A DNA stretch of 64,000 nucleotides from an uncultured Candidatus Saccharibacteria bacterium (GTDB lineage Bacteria; Patescibacteriota; Minisyncoccia; Phycocordibacterales; UBA9973). Position numbers and translations under genes: made by a program. The stretch covers positions 64,202 through 128,201 of the forward strand of contig CAYGDG010000002.1 of NCBI GenBank assembly GCA_964348725.1. The letters are read 5' to 3'. Within the stretch, counting starts at the first letter, position 1. Each line of letters opens with the position of its first letter. Shown one piece after another: positions 1-9,989 of the stretch. Under the pieces are notes generated by a model. It saw only the letters and a program-made list of their open reading frames with translations. It did no database searches and was not told the origin of the DNA.

Positions 1-28
1 TGGTCTTGGCATCCAGCCTCATAGCTCT

Positions 29-340
29 TTAATTTTCCCGGCGCGTATCCAAAATCCAGACAAGAGAGCTGACATCCTCAATGCGCGGTTCCGCCTGGAT
101 CAGATAATTCTGGCCATCAATTTCCAGCCGATCATCTTCAGCAGGCGTAATGCTTTCCGAACGCCGCATTTCAAAAAACAGGGAGTCGATGGCAATTTGT
201 GTCTGCCCAAGGTCGAGGAGACTATCTCCCCGCCTTGGAAGCACACGGACGGCCACCGGGTCTCCGACTTGCGGAACATAGGATGCGTCAAGGCCAAACT
301 CCGCAAAGACCGTATCTATGGTCTCTGCAAAGCCGGTCAT
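29..340 (-). CDS. Phage head-tail connector/adaptor-like protein (putative)
   Basis: 103-aa ORF immediately downstream of the capsid gene in a head morphogenesis operon. Called by position and size only. Confidence 0.35.
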   Translation of the reverse strand: MTGFAETIDTVFAEFGLDASYVPQVGDPVAVRVLPRRGDSLLDLGQTQIAIDSLFFEMRRSESITPAEDDRLEIDGQNYLIQAEPRIEDVSSLVWILDTRREN

Positions 341-744
341 GTTTCAGCCCCACCGGATAGCTCCTCCAAATAAGCAAGAGCTTCTTCTTTGGGAAGTGGT
401 TCTTCCGTTACAGTGTTGCCATCTGGATCAATCACATCATATTTTCCAAAATGACGGTGCTTGATGGTGTGTCCATCTTCTGCTGGGGGAGAAGCATCGG
501 CTTTTTTGGCTTTTTTACCCGCAACTTCCTCCAGCGTATCCCACCATGCTTTTGGAATATCGCCCTCGGAGATACCGATGATCTCGCCTTGCTTAAATTC
601 CACCGTATCCAGAACGGCATAAAGACTGCCTTTCTTGTGATGAAGAACATGAGCGCGGGCATCAGCTTGCGATTTTTCCAGCTCCAAAACAAAACCGGGA
701 CCAAAGCGGACTTTGACCCCGGTTACCTTATAGCGTTTTGTCAT
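337..744 (-). CDS. Hypothetical phage structural-module protein
   Basis: ORF with GGAGG RBS before the ATG at 744 (MTKRYKV...). 4-nt overlap with the downstream gene. Confidence 0.45.
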   Translation of the reverse strand: MTKRYKVTGVKVRFGPGFVLELEKSQADARAHVLHHKKGSLYAVLDTVEFKQGEIIGISEGDIPKAWWDTLEEVAGKKAKKADASPPAEDGHTIKHRHFGKYDVIDPDGNTVTEEPLPKEEALAYLEELSGGAET

Positions 745-754
745 GATTGCCTCC

Positions 755-1702
755 TTACACCAGCTGTGCCAGGCAGGCTTGCTGCCAGAAGCCATAACCC
801 ACGTTGCGCCATGTATCGACACCATAGCGGTGCTTGTCTTCCTCAAACTCCAGTTCGGAGCCTTCAGCGATGGCTTTAAGCATGATGGCTTCTTCTTCCT
901 GACGGATCAGCGGTTTTACCGATCCATCGGTGCGGAAGACGGCAAACTTGTCCGTCCATGGCAAGCGCGGGTTTTGTGCAACCGAAAGCGTAACCTCATC
1001 CATGACCTGAACGATGTTGGTCTGGCCATGGGTGATGACTGGAGCCGCCGTTGCCGCCTTGGCCACATGCCACATTTTTGTTGGCACCATGACAAGGAAA
1101 GACCGGGCGTTTTCGTTCATCGGCTCACCTTGATCATCCTTCAGCGAGTAAAGCTGCTGGATCACCTGCAGGATCGAAAGCTGCAGCTCTTCCACCGATG
1201 GGATGGTGGTGGAGCCATGGACTTCCGTTGGTAGGCCGGAGATATCGATAGAGATCTTATTGCTCTGGCTACCGCTATCGCCTTCTGCGTGATCAGTATC
1301 GAAGAAATACTGTCCATCATAACAGATCTGGCTTTCCGCATTGATGATTAACTCAGACAGCAGTTTCGCCCAGTGAGCATTTGTGCGGTCGGCTAGCTCA
1401 TCAACCCGAACCATAACTTGCCCCGTTTTATCGCGGCGCAATTCGCGGACAAGCACTTCCAGCGTAGCTTCGAAATGCTTGTTTTCGATGGTGATACCGT
1501 TTTCACGGAAGCCTTTGGCCTGGCGACCACCAATCCATTCCCGCATGACAGGAACCTGACCGAGCCATTTATAGGTTTCAGATTCCTGATCAGAGGTGAA
1601 GTAATTGGATAGCGCAGCCACCCATTCAAGGCCGGGATTTTGTTCCAGCCGTTGATAAAAGCGCCCGATAATCGCGCGCGAAGACAATCCTTTTGCGGAC
1701 AT
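755..1702 (-). CDS. Major head subunit, Mu gpT-like family
   Basis: 315 aa. N-terminus MSAKGLSSRAIIGRFYQRLE matches the remembered signature of the Mu-like prophage major head subunit gpT family (PF10124). Sits after protease and DUF2190 genes. Confidence 0.75.
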   Translation of the reverse strand: MSAKGLSSRAIIGRFYQRLEQNPGLEWVAALSNYFTSDQESETYKWLGQVPVMREWIGGRQAKGFRENGITIENKHFEATLEVLVRELRRDKTGQVMVRVDELADRTNAHWAKLLSELIINAESQICYDGQYFFDTDHAEGDSGSQSNKISIDISGLPTEVHGSTTIPSVEELQLSILQVIQQLYSLKDDQGEPMNENARSFLVMVPTKMWHVAKAATAAPVITHGQTNIVQVMDEVTLSVAQNPRLPWTDKFAVFRTDGSVKPLIRQEEEAIMLKAIAEGSELEFEEDKHRYGVDTWRNVGYGFWQQACLAQLV

Positions 1703-1737
1703 GATAGTTTCCTTTCTTTAGGGAGAGTTGGTGTGAT

Positions 1738-2151
1738 TTAAGCGGCTGCTGTAATCAGGGTGTTGAAAGTCACAACACCCACACCCGATTTCACGAAGCG
1801 CGAAAGCCGACCGATATAGGTGTTATCGGTAGCGGTCAGGGTGAATGTGTTGTCATCGGAGGCATACACAGCAGCGCCGATATTGGTGATGGCAAGACCA
1901 GAGATCGGCACCTGAACGGCGCCTTGTGTGCGAACACGCACTTTCACATCTCCGGCTGCACCAGCCGCGTTATCAGCATTTTGTTCCGCAAAGCCGTAGA
2001 AATAATCGCCAGCTTGCAGAGGGCGTGCATAGCCGCTGCCATTATCGCCGACAGCCGCGCCTTCATAGATGATGTCTCCGGCGATAACCGGGACTTCGTT
2101 AATTGTGCCCAGCTCAAAGGGACGCTGGACATCACTTGCCAGTGTTGTCAT
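1738..2151 (-). CDS. DUF2190-family phage structural (head decoration-like) protein
   Basis: 137-aa Gly/Ala-rich protein between protease and capsid, the typical position of DUF2190 in this phage lineage. Confidence 0.5.
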   Translation of the reverse strand: MTTLASDVQRPFELGTINEVPVIAGDIIYEGAAVGDNGSGYARPLQAGDYFYGFAEQNADNAAGAAGDVKVRVRTQGAVQVPISGLAITNIGAAVYASDDNTFTLTATDNTYIGRLSRFVKSGVGVVTFNTLITAAA

Positions 2152-2185
2152 AGGGATTTCTCCTGATTTTAGGGGGGTTAAAGGA

Positions 2186-3514
2186 TTACTTGGCTTTAGG
2201 GGCGTAGCGCTTCACGCGGCCTTGCTCTTCAGCCTTACGGTAGGCGATGTAGGCATCCTTATCGGAAAACTCCGTCCGGATTTCTGCGTTGCCGTTCCAT
2301 TCCGCCTCAGCCCGTTCTTCGATAGGCGCGTTCGCATCAATTTTCGGTGCATACGGCATATCGTTTGCTGTGCTGGGCGTAACGACGGGTTCAGAGGCTG
2401 TTTCCTCTGCCATGGTTTTGAGAGCATTACCGCCGCGCTGCTTTTCAGCCGCCACGATTTTGACGGCAAGATCAGCGGCTTTGGTTTTGCCGTCTTTCTT
2501 AGCCGCTTCCAGCAAAGCCTCATGGCCCGACATGGATACTTCTTCCAATCCGATGATCCGGTCACGCTCGGCTTCAGATCCGGCTTTGAAGCCTTCATTA
2601 AAGCCGTTCTTAGTCATAGCGGATGCAATGTCAGGGAAGTTTTTGGTGATATAGTCTGCTGTGATCGTGCTTTTTGCGACCATATCACCTGAGTTTCCGG
2701 AAGGTGTTTCCGGCGTTTCAGTTTGTTTCGTCATAACGACTCCTTTTGGTTTGGGTTGCAGTGTGGTGATAAGCGAGAGAGCATCTTTCATCCCTCCCAC
2801 AAGGTCGGCCATGCCTGCACGCACAGCCTCACGGGCAGGCAAAACATCGCCTTGCCCGAATTCAGATAGGACTTTGTCCCCCGATACAGCTCGGTTTGCA
2901 GCAACCGCACTGATAAACTCAGCTTCCATGGCATCAAGCCGGGTTTGAATGGAATTGCGGCCTTGCTCGCTTTCAGGATCCAGCCGTTTGTTGGGAGCAC
3001 TGGAAGATACAAACTCGACCCAGCCGCTCTCACGGATTTTGGGAACAGCCACCGCCACGCCGATTGATCCCAGCATAGTTGTTGGGCCGGCCACGATTTT
3101 ATCAGCGGCAGAAGCTATCCAGTACGCTGCCGAAGCCGCATTACCGTAGGCATAAGCCACAATCGGTTTTTTGCCGCGCGCCGCCGCAATGGTGCTGGCT
3201 AACTCCTCAACGCCTGTAATCAGGCCACCGGGACTATCAACACGAAGCATAATGCCCTTAATTTCCGGATCATCCATTGCTTCGGTAAACTGCTCCTCAA
3301 TGCTGGCAATATTCGTGCCGCCAAACAGCATAGAGAGGATATTCTGGTACGGCGTGATAATGCCGCCAACATCAATGACGGCAATCTTGTCATGATAGCT
3401 GGTTACAGCCTCGCCCAGAATGACGGTCTCTTTCTGAAACCCCTGAGGCGGCTCAGCCGGAAGGCATTCCGGCATGATCGCCAGAATAGTTGAAGACGGA
3501 ATATCCCACATCAT
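2186..3514 (-). CDS. S49 (SppA/ClpP-like) head maturation protease with C-terminal scaffold-like region
   Basis: GIMLRVDSPGG ... AYAYGNAASAAYWIASAADKI motifs of S49 peptidases. Long Ala/Glu/Lys-rich C-terminal tail typical of protease-scaffold fusions. Confidence 0.8.
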   Translation of the reverse strand: MMWDIPSSTILAIMPECLPAEPPQGFQKETVILGEAVTSYHDKIAVIDVGGIITPYQNILSMLFGGTNIASIEEQFTEAMDDPEIKGIMLRVDSPGGLITGVEELASTIAAARGKKPIVAYAYGNAASAAYWIASAADKIVAGPTTMLGSIGVAVAVPKIRESGWVEFVSSSAPNKRLDPESEQGRNSIQTRLDAMEAEFISAVAANRAVSGDKVLSEFGQGDVLPAREAVRAGMADLVGGMKDALSLITTLQPKPKGVVMTKQTETPETPSGNSGDMVAKSTITADYITKNFPDIASAMTKNGFNEGFKAGSEAERDRIIGLEEVSMSGHEALLEAAKKDGKTKAADLAVKIVAAEKQRGGNALKTMAEETASEPVVTPSTANDMPYAPKIDANAPIEERAEAEWNGNAEIRTEFSDKDAYIAYRKAEEQGRVKRYAPKAK

Positions 3515-3855
3515 GCACCGCCTTCCGTTTTGGCAGGGATGACGAATAACGCACCATCAACACCATTTGAGATGACGGAGATTTTTTGTCCTGGCGTGAT
3601 CGTCTCTGCCCAGTTTTGCATCTGGGGCAAAGGCACGCTTCCAGCCGCATTTGCGGCGGTCGGATCATCACCAACCTTATAAAAACAATCTTGCGTGGCG
3701 ATCAAGCGCACCAGCGGGCTATTGATAACGGCAGATTGCGCGGCGGTAGCGGTAAAACTCACCTTCTGGGCATTGGCGTAATTCCAGCATGGCGCCTGTA
3801 CAGGCACATGCGCGTTGCCGCTGACCGCACTGATAATGCGTTCAGTCATAATCAT
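3511..3855 (-). CDS. Hypothetical phage head-module protein
   Basis: 114-aa ORF translationally coupled between portal and protease genes. Confidence 0.45.
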   Translation of the reverse strand: MIMTERIISAVSGNAHVPVQAPCWNYANAQKVSFTATAAQSAVINSPLVRLIATQDCFYKVGDDPTAANAAGSVPLPQMQNWAETITPGQKISVISNGVDGALFVIPAKTEGGA

Positions 3856-3870
3856 CTCCTCATTTGTCGG

Positions 3871-5457
3871 TTAATCTTGTTCTTCCGGCTCTTCCGGAAG
3901 TGGGGGTTGCACCACAGGTGCCTGGACTTCATCCAATCCAGCTTCCAGACGCATGCGTTTTTCCTTGGCGCGTTGGCGATGCTTGCGTTCCCAATCGCCG
4001 CCAGTCAGCGCCGCTGTTTCCTCGGCCAGTGTTGAAATACCCATATCCACACGTTCTCGCGCGGCTTTGCCTTCCTTAAGCTGGTCGATCTGGCCTCTCG
4101 GCGGCCCGATCCATTCACTGCCCAGATAGGCAGCGCGGATCATGGGATCAGAGAAAAAACCGGGAGCGTTTAAATATCCTCTGGCAACAGCCTCTGTAAT
4201 CACAGCCTCGTAAACGGGCTGGCAGAACATGCAAGCCAGCCATTCCCGGCGGGAGCGGAAAAACTTCCATGCTTCCAGCAGTGCCGCCTGCGCCGCCGAA
4301 TAACTGGCCGTGAAATACTTCACCAGCAACTCGAAGGGAATTTCCAGCGCAACGCCCACTTGCCGCAGTATGGCCAGCACAAACTGATCAAAGGCTGCGT
4401 TCGGGCGTTTTGGATCGGCAATCTCCACACTTTCATAGGGCAGAAGATCCAATATCGCGCCGGGGCCAAGCTGGAAATCCTTATCATCGCGCCCAGAACC
4501 AGCACCATCTTCCATCGGCGCAAGGCCGTCCGGATCTTCGGATTTAATGAATACGCTGAACATGGCCGACACCACCGCTGCCATCAGCTCGGCTTCGGAA
4601 TATTTATCCAGCTGCTTGAGGCTTTCGATAACAGGCGCCAGATAAGGTGCTGGCCGCGTCATGCCCACCCGCGTGGGGCGTGCCAGATGATTAACCAGCC
4701 AATTACCCTCGCGGTCATATGCACGAAGCCGCACCCATTGCCGTGATCCGGGATCCCGAACATCACCGGGATGTGCCTGCAAAACATGATAGGCCAGAGG
4801 TGATCCCAGCGCATTTTTCTCAACACCGCCCGCCAATCTGGGTGTATCCATCGTCCAGTCAGGATTGCTGATGCGGTCTGCTTCCACCAGCTGCAGACAT
4901 GTGCCATATCGTGCGCCTTGTCTTTGCGTGAAGCGGCGCAGAACAAAAACATCGCCAGCTTCCAGTACGGAGCGCAGTGCCAGATCCTGCATTCCGGCAA
5001 AATCCTGCATATGGGAGGTATCGCAATATTTGGAAGCGGCCCAATAACGAAACTCACGCTCGGCAGCCCGTTCAAAAGCTTCAAAATCCTCTTCCTTATC
5101 GCCCAGAATGCCTTTCAGCACATCACGATCCACGCGGGATTGTACTTTGAGGCCAGTGCCGACAACATTGGTGACAACCGTGTTAATGGCACCCGTTGCC
5201 AGCGGGGCGTTCCGGATCAGATCGCGGGATCGCTCCCGCAAAGCCGGAAGGTCAGGCAATGTGACCTGATCGGCGCTGCCGTCAATGGTCTGCCATGCCT
5301 TGGTTTGACGGCGGTCTTTGCGCGCGCCTGTATAACCGCCATACAGTGCCATGACTGTTTTGGCTTTCAGGCGGCGTACGCCCGCTTCAGGGGAAATCCA
5401 GCCGATGAATTTATCAAGCGTGGTGGGTTCGGGCAGAGAAATACGTTTTCGGCTCAT
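3871..5457 (-). CDS. Phage portal protein, lambda family
   Basis: 528 aa. Position after gpW and terminase, with size and sequence character of the lambda gpB portal family. Confidence 0.8.
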   Translation of the reverse strand: MSRKRISLPEPTTLDKFIGWISPEAGVRRLKAKTVMALYGGYTGARKDRRQTKAWQTIDGSADQVTLPDLPALRERSRDLIRNAPLATGAINTVVTNVVGTGLKVQSRVDRDVLKGILGDKEEDFEAFERAAEREFRYWAASKYCDTSHMQDFAGMQDLALRSVLEAGDVFVLRRFTQRQGARYGTCLQLVEADRISNPDWTMDTPRLAGGVEKNALGSPLAYHVLQAHPGDVRDPGSRQWVRLRAYDREGNWLVNHLARPTRVGMTRPAPYLAPVIESLKQLDKYSEAELMAAVVSAMFSVFIKSEDPDGLAPMEDGAGSGRDDKDFQLGPGAILDLLPYESVEIADPKRPNAAFDQFVLAILRQVGVALEIPFELLVKYFTASYSAAQAALLEAWKFFRSRREWLACMFCQPVYEAVITEAVARGYLNAPGFFSDPMIRAAYLGSEWIGPPRGQIDQLKEGKAARERVDMGISTLAEETAALTGGDWERKHRQRAKEKRMRLEAGLDEVQAPVVQPPLPEEPEEQD

Positions 5458-5660
5458 AAGGGAACGCCTCCGCGCATCCGGATTCCGCCACGGCTTTTCC
5501 GCTCGATCCGTTTTTCCAGATAGGTTTCCCGCTCATACAGTGTTTTCAGATCACCCTTTGTCACCGCGCGGCCTTCATAGGAAACGCTCTGTCCTCCGCC
5601 TTCAATGGCGGCAATGGCTTTTTGCACGCGCTCCAGCTTTTCTTCCAATGTGTCACTCAT
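5454..5660 (-). CDS. Head-to-tail joining protein gpW
   Basis: 68 aa, lambda gpW-like in length and pattern (…GRAVTKGDLKTLYERETYLEKRI…RGG). Sits between terminase and portal, overlapping both. Confidence 0.7.
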   Translation of the reverse strand: MSDTLEEKLERVQKAIAAIEGGGQSVSYEGRAVTKGDLKTLYERETYLEKRIERKSRGGIRMRGGVPL

Positions 5661-7567
5661 AACTTCACGCCTTTGCTTCGCGCACGCCGTCTTACAGGCT
5701 TGCGCGCGGTTGATTTGGGTTGATCTTCTTCTGATAGTCTTGGTTTAACGGGTTCGTCCAGGCCGAGGGATCGTTCCATTTCACGCCAGTGGCGATCACC
5801 AAAACGATCCAGCCCTTCAACAGCCGCAGCCGCGCGCGCGTAAACGTAGCAATCCAGCGCTTCATTGCGCTCTCTGGTCTTTTGCCACTCACGCACTGCA
5901 TAACCACGGCGGTTTTTCGATGTAATCAGCTGCTCCGAGCAGAGCTGCTTTAAATATTCTTCATCCACCTGTGGCAGGTGAACATATCCAGCCGGATACG
6001 GCTCACCGCTTTCTTTCGTAGGCGGGTTCTTCCGCAGATTATTAAACAGCTCCAGCTTGGCAATGCCGCCAGCGACTGGCCGTACGCGCAATCCGCGTTT
6101 GAATTTTTTACCATCGGCGGTCATCTCAACCGCGCTTGGTAATCCGACAAGAGCCGCACCGCGCTGGACGCCTTTAACCACCATCACCAGAGATGGGCTT
6201 TGTCTTCGTGCCCAGTCATAAACTTCCTGCGTGGCGTAACCGCTATCGACAGCCACGCGCTTTAAGGCCAGATCAAAACCGTTTTCATGCGGCCATGTCT
6301 CGCCAAGAAACTCCGTCAGTTTATTCCAAACCGCAGTGCGGCCTGTGTCGCCATCCAGAACGCGGTGGTCAATCAGCCAGCTTTCCTTATCGCGTCCCCA
6401 CGCCCAGATGGACACTTCGATCCGGTCTTTTTGAACGTCCGCACCAGCGGTGATGAATAATCCGGCTTTAGGAATGCTGCCGATTTTGTAAGGCTCACGG
6501 CGTTCGTATAGCCTCTGCCAATCGGGTGCTTCGCCAGTTTCCACGTAGGTTTCGCCAAGTTCGGTGTTCTTGAATGATTTAATCGCCGCGTCCGAGCCTT
6601 GGGCATCCACCCAGGCACGAGCGATTTGCGCCCATGACCGCCAGCCATAGGGTGAATACAGGGAAGACAGGTGAAATCCGGCTGTTCTGCCGTCACATTC
6701 TGCCTGAGCCTCCCAATAACCGTTCTGCAGCATCCATGTTTTGTGCCGTTCTTCAATCTTGTGTTCACAATGCTCGCATTCATACAGCGCTTCCTCAGGT
6801 TTGCCCTTTGGCCATTTGAGCTGCTCAAATTTCAGCCATTGATGCGTTCCACATTCCGGACATGGCACCATGTATTTGCGCTGATCACTCAGCTCATATT
6901 CACGTTCAATCCGTGAGATGCCGCGAATGGTGGGTGTACTGACCATCAGGATTTTACGGCGGGCAAATGTCCGTGTTCTGGCTTCCGCCAGCGCAACCGG
7001 ATCACCTTCACCCTCAACATCACCGGGATAAGCGTCCACCTCGTCCAGAAAAAGGAAACGAACCGGCATGGATCGTAAACCCGCTGCACTGTTTGCACCC
7101 GTTAGCACGAGAATTCCGCCCTGAAATTCCTTTTGCAAAATCGTGTTTCCACTGTCGCGTGATCGCGCGGGTCTGACACGACTGCGGATAACATCTGACT
7201 CTTCGATCAATGGATCCAGCCGCTGCTTGGAATTGCGCTTGGCCATTTCGACCGTGGGTAAAATCGCCAGCATTGGCCCCGGCGTATGATGAATGACGTA
7301 TCCAATCCAGTTGTTGCCGCATTCTGTCCCGCCGATCTGCGCGCCCTTCATAAAGACGATCCGCTGCACCGGAGAGCTTGAGGACAGACAGTCCATGATC
7401 TCGCGTAAATACGGTGTTCGGTCGGTACGCCAAGGCCCTGGCTCGGAAGCTGCTTTGCCGGAGAGCCGTCTGTGCGTGTCTGCCCATTCGGATACCGTCA
7501 GCACCTGATCGGGACGCAGCGCCCGGCGCATTGCCCGCGTAATTGATTGCTCTGTTACTGTTTGCAT
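5657..7567 (-). CDS. Terminase large subunit, GpA family
   Basis: 636 aa. N-terminal …RLSGKAASEPGPWRTDRTPYLREIMD… with Walker A-like KGAQIGGTECGNNW. Lambda GpA architecture. Confidence 0.9.
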   Translation of the reverse strand: MQTVTEQSITRAMRRALRPDQVLTVSEWADTHRRLSGKAASEPGPWRTDRTPYLREIMDCLSSSSPVQRIVFMKGAQIGGTECGNNWIGYVIHHTPGPMLAILPTVEMAKRNSKQRLDPLIEESDVIRSRVRPARSRDSGNTILQKEFQGGILVLTGANSAAGLRSMPVRFLFLDEVDAYPGDVEGEGDPVALAEARTRTFARRKILMVSTPTIRGISRIEREYELSDQRKYMVPCPECGTHQWLKFEQLKWPKGKPEEALYECEHCEHKIEERHKTWMLQNGYWEAQAECDGRTAGFHLSSLYSPYGWRSWAQIARAWVDAQGSDAAIKSFKNTELGETYVETGEAPDWQRLYERREPYKIGSIPKAGLFITAGADVQKDRIEVSIWAWGRDKESWLIDHRVLDGDTGRTAVWNKLTEFLGETWPHENGFDLALKRVAVDSGYATQEVYDWARRQSPSLVMVVKGVQRGAALVGLPSAVEMTADGKKFKRGLRVRPVAGGIAKLELFNNLRKNPPTKESGEPYPAGYVHLPQVDEEYLKQLCSEQLITSKNRRGYAVREWQKTRERNEALDCYVYARAAAAVEGLDRFGDRHWREMERSLGLDEPVKPRLSEEDQPKSTARKPVRRRARSKGVKL

Positions 7568-7692
7568 TCATCTGTCAAACCTGCGCTGGCCTTGGAAAAA
7601 AGCAATGAAATGATCCTTGAATAACCTGGATTAAAGTTCGAAAGCGCGCATTCATGGACATGTAAGCAATTGATAGATAAGGAGCTACACAC

Positions 7693-7929
7693 ATGAAAAG
7701 CAGCGCAAAACGTAAACAAGAAGCCTTGGATGCCTTCATTGGCCACAAAGCCCGCATTGATGAAATCCTGAGCCGACTACAAGAAGCCAGCGGTGACCAT
7801 TTCGGCACCAACCCCGATGAAATCCGCTGGGGTGATGCAGGATTTTTGGCGGATATCGCCACCAGCCTTCAACACATCAGCGACCGTGTTTTTAACGAAG
7901 GCGAATACGCCCCCGAAAACAAAGCCTAA
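7693..7929 (+). CDS. Hypothetical small phage protein
   Basis: 78 aa with AAGGAG RBS. First gene of a four-gene opposite-strand cassette. Confidence 0.5.
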   Translation: MKSSAKRKQEALDAFIGHKARIDEILSRLQEASGDHFGTNPDEIRWGDAGFLADIATSLQHISDRVFNEGEYAPENKA

Positions 7930-7946
7930 TCAAGGAGGACAATCAC

Positions 7947-8252
7947 ATGACCAAAAAAACAAAAACACCCAAACCAGCTGCCAAAAAAACGCCCGCAAAA
8001 CCGCTTTCCGAGCGTATGAATAAAACGCTCCAAGTTATGGAGGCTCTAGGCCGCGATGACGGCGTTACCATTGACGAGCTGATCGAAATGACGGGATGGC
8101 AACCTCACTCCGCGCGCGGATTTTTGTCAAACGTTCGTAAAAAGCTCAAAGAAAAAGGCGAGGACAGTCAGATCGTCAAATATACGCGTGATGGCAAAAC
8201 CATGTACAAACTTGAACCGCTTGAAAAGCCAAAAGGCCAGAGTGATGAGTAA
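7947..8252 (+). CDS. DUF3489-family protein (possible winged-helix DNA binding)
   Basis: Lys/Pro-rich N-terminus followed by …TIDELIEMTGWQPHSARGFLSNVRKKL…, the remembered DUF3489 core. AGGAGG RBS. Confidence 0.55.
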   Translation: MTKKTKTPKPAAKKTPAKPLSERMNKTLQVMEALGRDDGVTIDELIEMTGWQPHSARGFLSNVRKKLKEKGEDSQIVKYTRDGKTMYKLEPLEKPKGQSDE

Positions 8253-8511
8253 GAATCTGGTTCTGTATCACGTCTATGGCCGCTTAGAAAACGAAACGCT
8301 TCAACGCGAAAACATAAGCCGTGACGAAATACCGGATATCATTCGCACCTATATTGCCGAGGAAGGTGTGACCTATTACATGATCCTCGGCATTAATGGC
8401 GATGGTGTGATTTGTTCGCCAATCAAAGACTGGGCACCAGAACATCCGGATGCATTCTCAAGCCTTGAGGTCGTGCCGTGGGCAAGCATTCAGAAATATA
8501 AAAAGCAATAG
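8245..8511 (+). CDS. Hypothetical small phage protein
   Basis: ATG at 8245 overlaps the upstream stop (…GTGATGAGTAA…), suggesting translational coupling. 89 aa. Confidence 0.5.
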   Translation: MSKNLVLYHVYGRLENETLQRENISRDEIPDIIRTYIAEEGVTYYMILGINGDGVICSPIKDWAPEHPDAFSSLEVVPWASIQKYKKQ

Positions 8512-8582
8512 CACTCATCACTTGATTAAGTTTGAGAATGAAGCGTTCATAGTGTTGTAAATTAAACAAAGGAGCAAAAAAC

Positions 8583-8747
8583 ATGGACAAAAAACAGCAT
8601 ATTGAGCAAATAGCCAAGAAGCACTTGATGATCGAAACACTGGAGCCACAAAACTCTGATAGCAGCGATTTTCACGACTGCGCGGTGTGGAGCATCAAGG
8701 CTGCATTAGAATCCGCATACGAAGCTGGCCGCCAAGCTATAAAATAA
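8583..8747 (+). CDS. Hypothetical very small protein (54 aa)
   Basis: AAGGAG RBS 8 nt upstream of the ATG at 8583; TAA stop at 8745. Below the 60-aa ORF-track cutoff, so hand-called. Confidence 0.35.
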   Translation: MDKKQHIEQIAKKHLMIETLEPQNSDSSDFHDCAVWSIKAALESAYEAGRQAIK

Positions 8748-9989
8748 TCAACCTCCAAACTCTTCGCCTGTCTCCGCATGATGGGCTTTCTTCTTCGTGG
8801 CTTCCTGCCAGCGTTTTACAATCACATCGACATATTTGGGATCAAGCTCACTTGTCCGGCATTGCCGCCCCAGCCGCTCACAAGCTATGAGCGTAGAGCC
8901 GGAGCCACCGAAGGGATCCAGCACAATATCTTTGGTCTTGCTTGAATTCTTGATAGCACGCTCGACCAGATCAACGGGCTTCATTGTGGGATGCAGATCA
9001 TTGACGCGCGGCTTGTTCACAAACCAGACATCGCCCTGATCACGCGCACCGCACCAGTACCGATCATTGCCTTCCTTCCAGCCGTAAAGGATCGGCTCGT
9101 ACTGACGCTGATAATCAGAACGCCCCAGCGTGAAGGTGTTTTTCGCCCAGATGATGAATGTCGACCATTTGCCGCCAGCAGCAATAAATGATTTTTGTAA
9201 CGTGTGCAGCTCCGATGAGGACATGCAGATGTAAAGACTGCCCTTGGTTACCATCAGCATATTGGTAATGGCATCGTATAAAAATTGCTCAAACGCTTCG
9301 CCGAGATTATCATTCATAATCGTACGGCCACCGCTCTTGCCCTTGGCTTTGCGCTGCTTGTCTTTAGCGGTGTTGCCGTAATCCACGTTGTAGGGAGGAT
9401 CGGTAAAAACCATATCGGCAAGCTGCCCATCCATGAGTTTTTGCGTATCGTCAAAAATGGTGGCATCGCCACACAGCACACGGTGGCTTCCACAGATCCA
9501 CACATCACCGGGCTTGCTGATTGGCTCCTCCGGCACTTCGGGGATTGTCTCTTCTTCCGGCTCTTCGTCTTCGTCCTCCGCAAAAAGAAGATCATCAATT
9601 TCGGATGGATCAAAACCGAGCAGATCCAAATCAAAATCCAGATCGTCCAATGTCTCCAGCTCCAGTTTCAAAAGTTCTTCATCCCATCCGGCATTCAGGG
9701 CAATGCGATTATCGGCAATCACCAGGGCTTTGCGCTGCGCCTCACTCAAATGCGATATTTGAATAGAAGGAACACGTTCCATGCCGAGCTGACGCGCGGC
9801 CATCAAGCGGCCATGCCCGGCAATAAGCACGCCGTCTTCATCGACCAGCACCGGGTTTACAAAGCCAAACTCGGCAATGCTGGCGGCGATCTGAGCGATT
9901 TGCATGTCAGAATGCGTGCGCGCATTATTGGCATACGGAATCAGCTCATCCAGCGAGCGGTATTCAATATTCAGATTATCCATGATCAT
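8748..9989 (-). CDS. ParB-like nuclease domain fused to N6-adenine/N4-cytosine DNA methyltransferase
   Basis: N-terminal ParBc-like ELIPYANNARTHSD…GHGRLMAA. MTase motifs FTDPPYNVDY (motif IV, DPPY) and …LDPFGGSGST (motif I). Confidence 0.85.
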   Translation of the reverse strand: MIMDNLNIEYRSLDELIPYANNARTHSDMQIAQIAASIAEFGFVNPVLVDEDGVLIAGHGRLMAARQLGMERVPSIQISHLSEAQRKALVIADNRIALNAGWDEELLKLELETLDDLDFDLDLLGFDPSEIDDLLFAEDEDEEPEEETIPEVPEEPISKPGDVWICGSHRVLCGDATIFDDTQKLMDGQLADMVFTDPPYNVDYGNTAKDKQRKAKGKSGGRTIMNDNLGEAFEQFLYDAITNMLMVTKGSLYICMSSSELHTLQKSFIAAGGKWSTFIIWAKNTFTLGRSDYQRQYEPILYGWKEGNDRYWCGARDQGDVWFVNKPRVNDLHPTMKPVDLVERAIKNSSKTKDIVLDPFGGSGSTLIACERLGRQCRTSELDPKYVDVIVKRWQEATKKKAHHAETGEEFGG

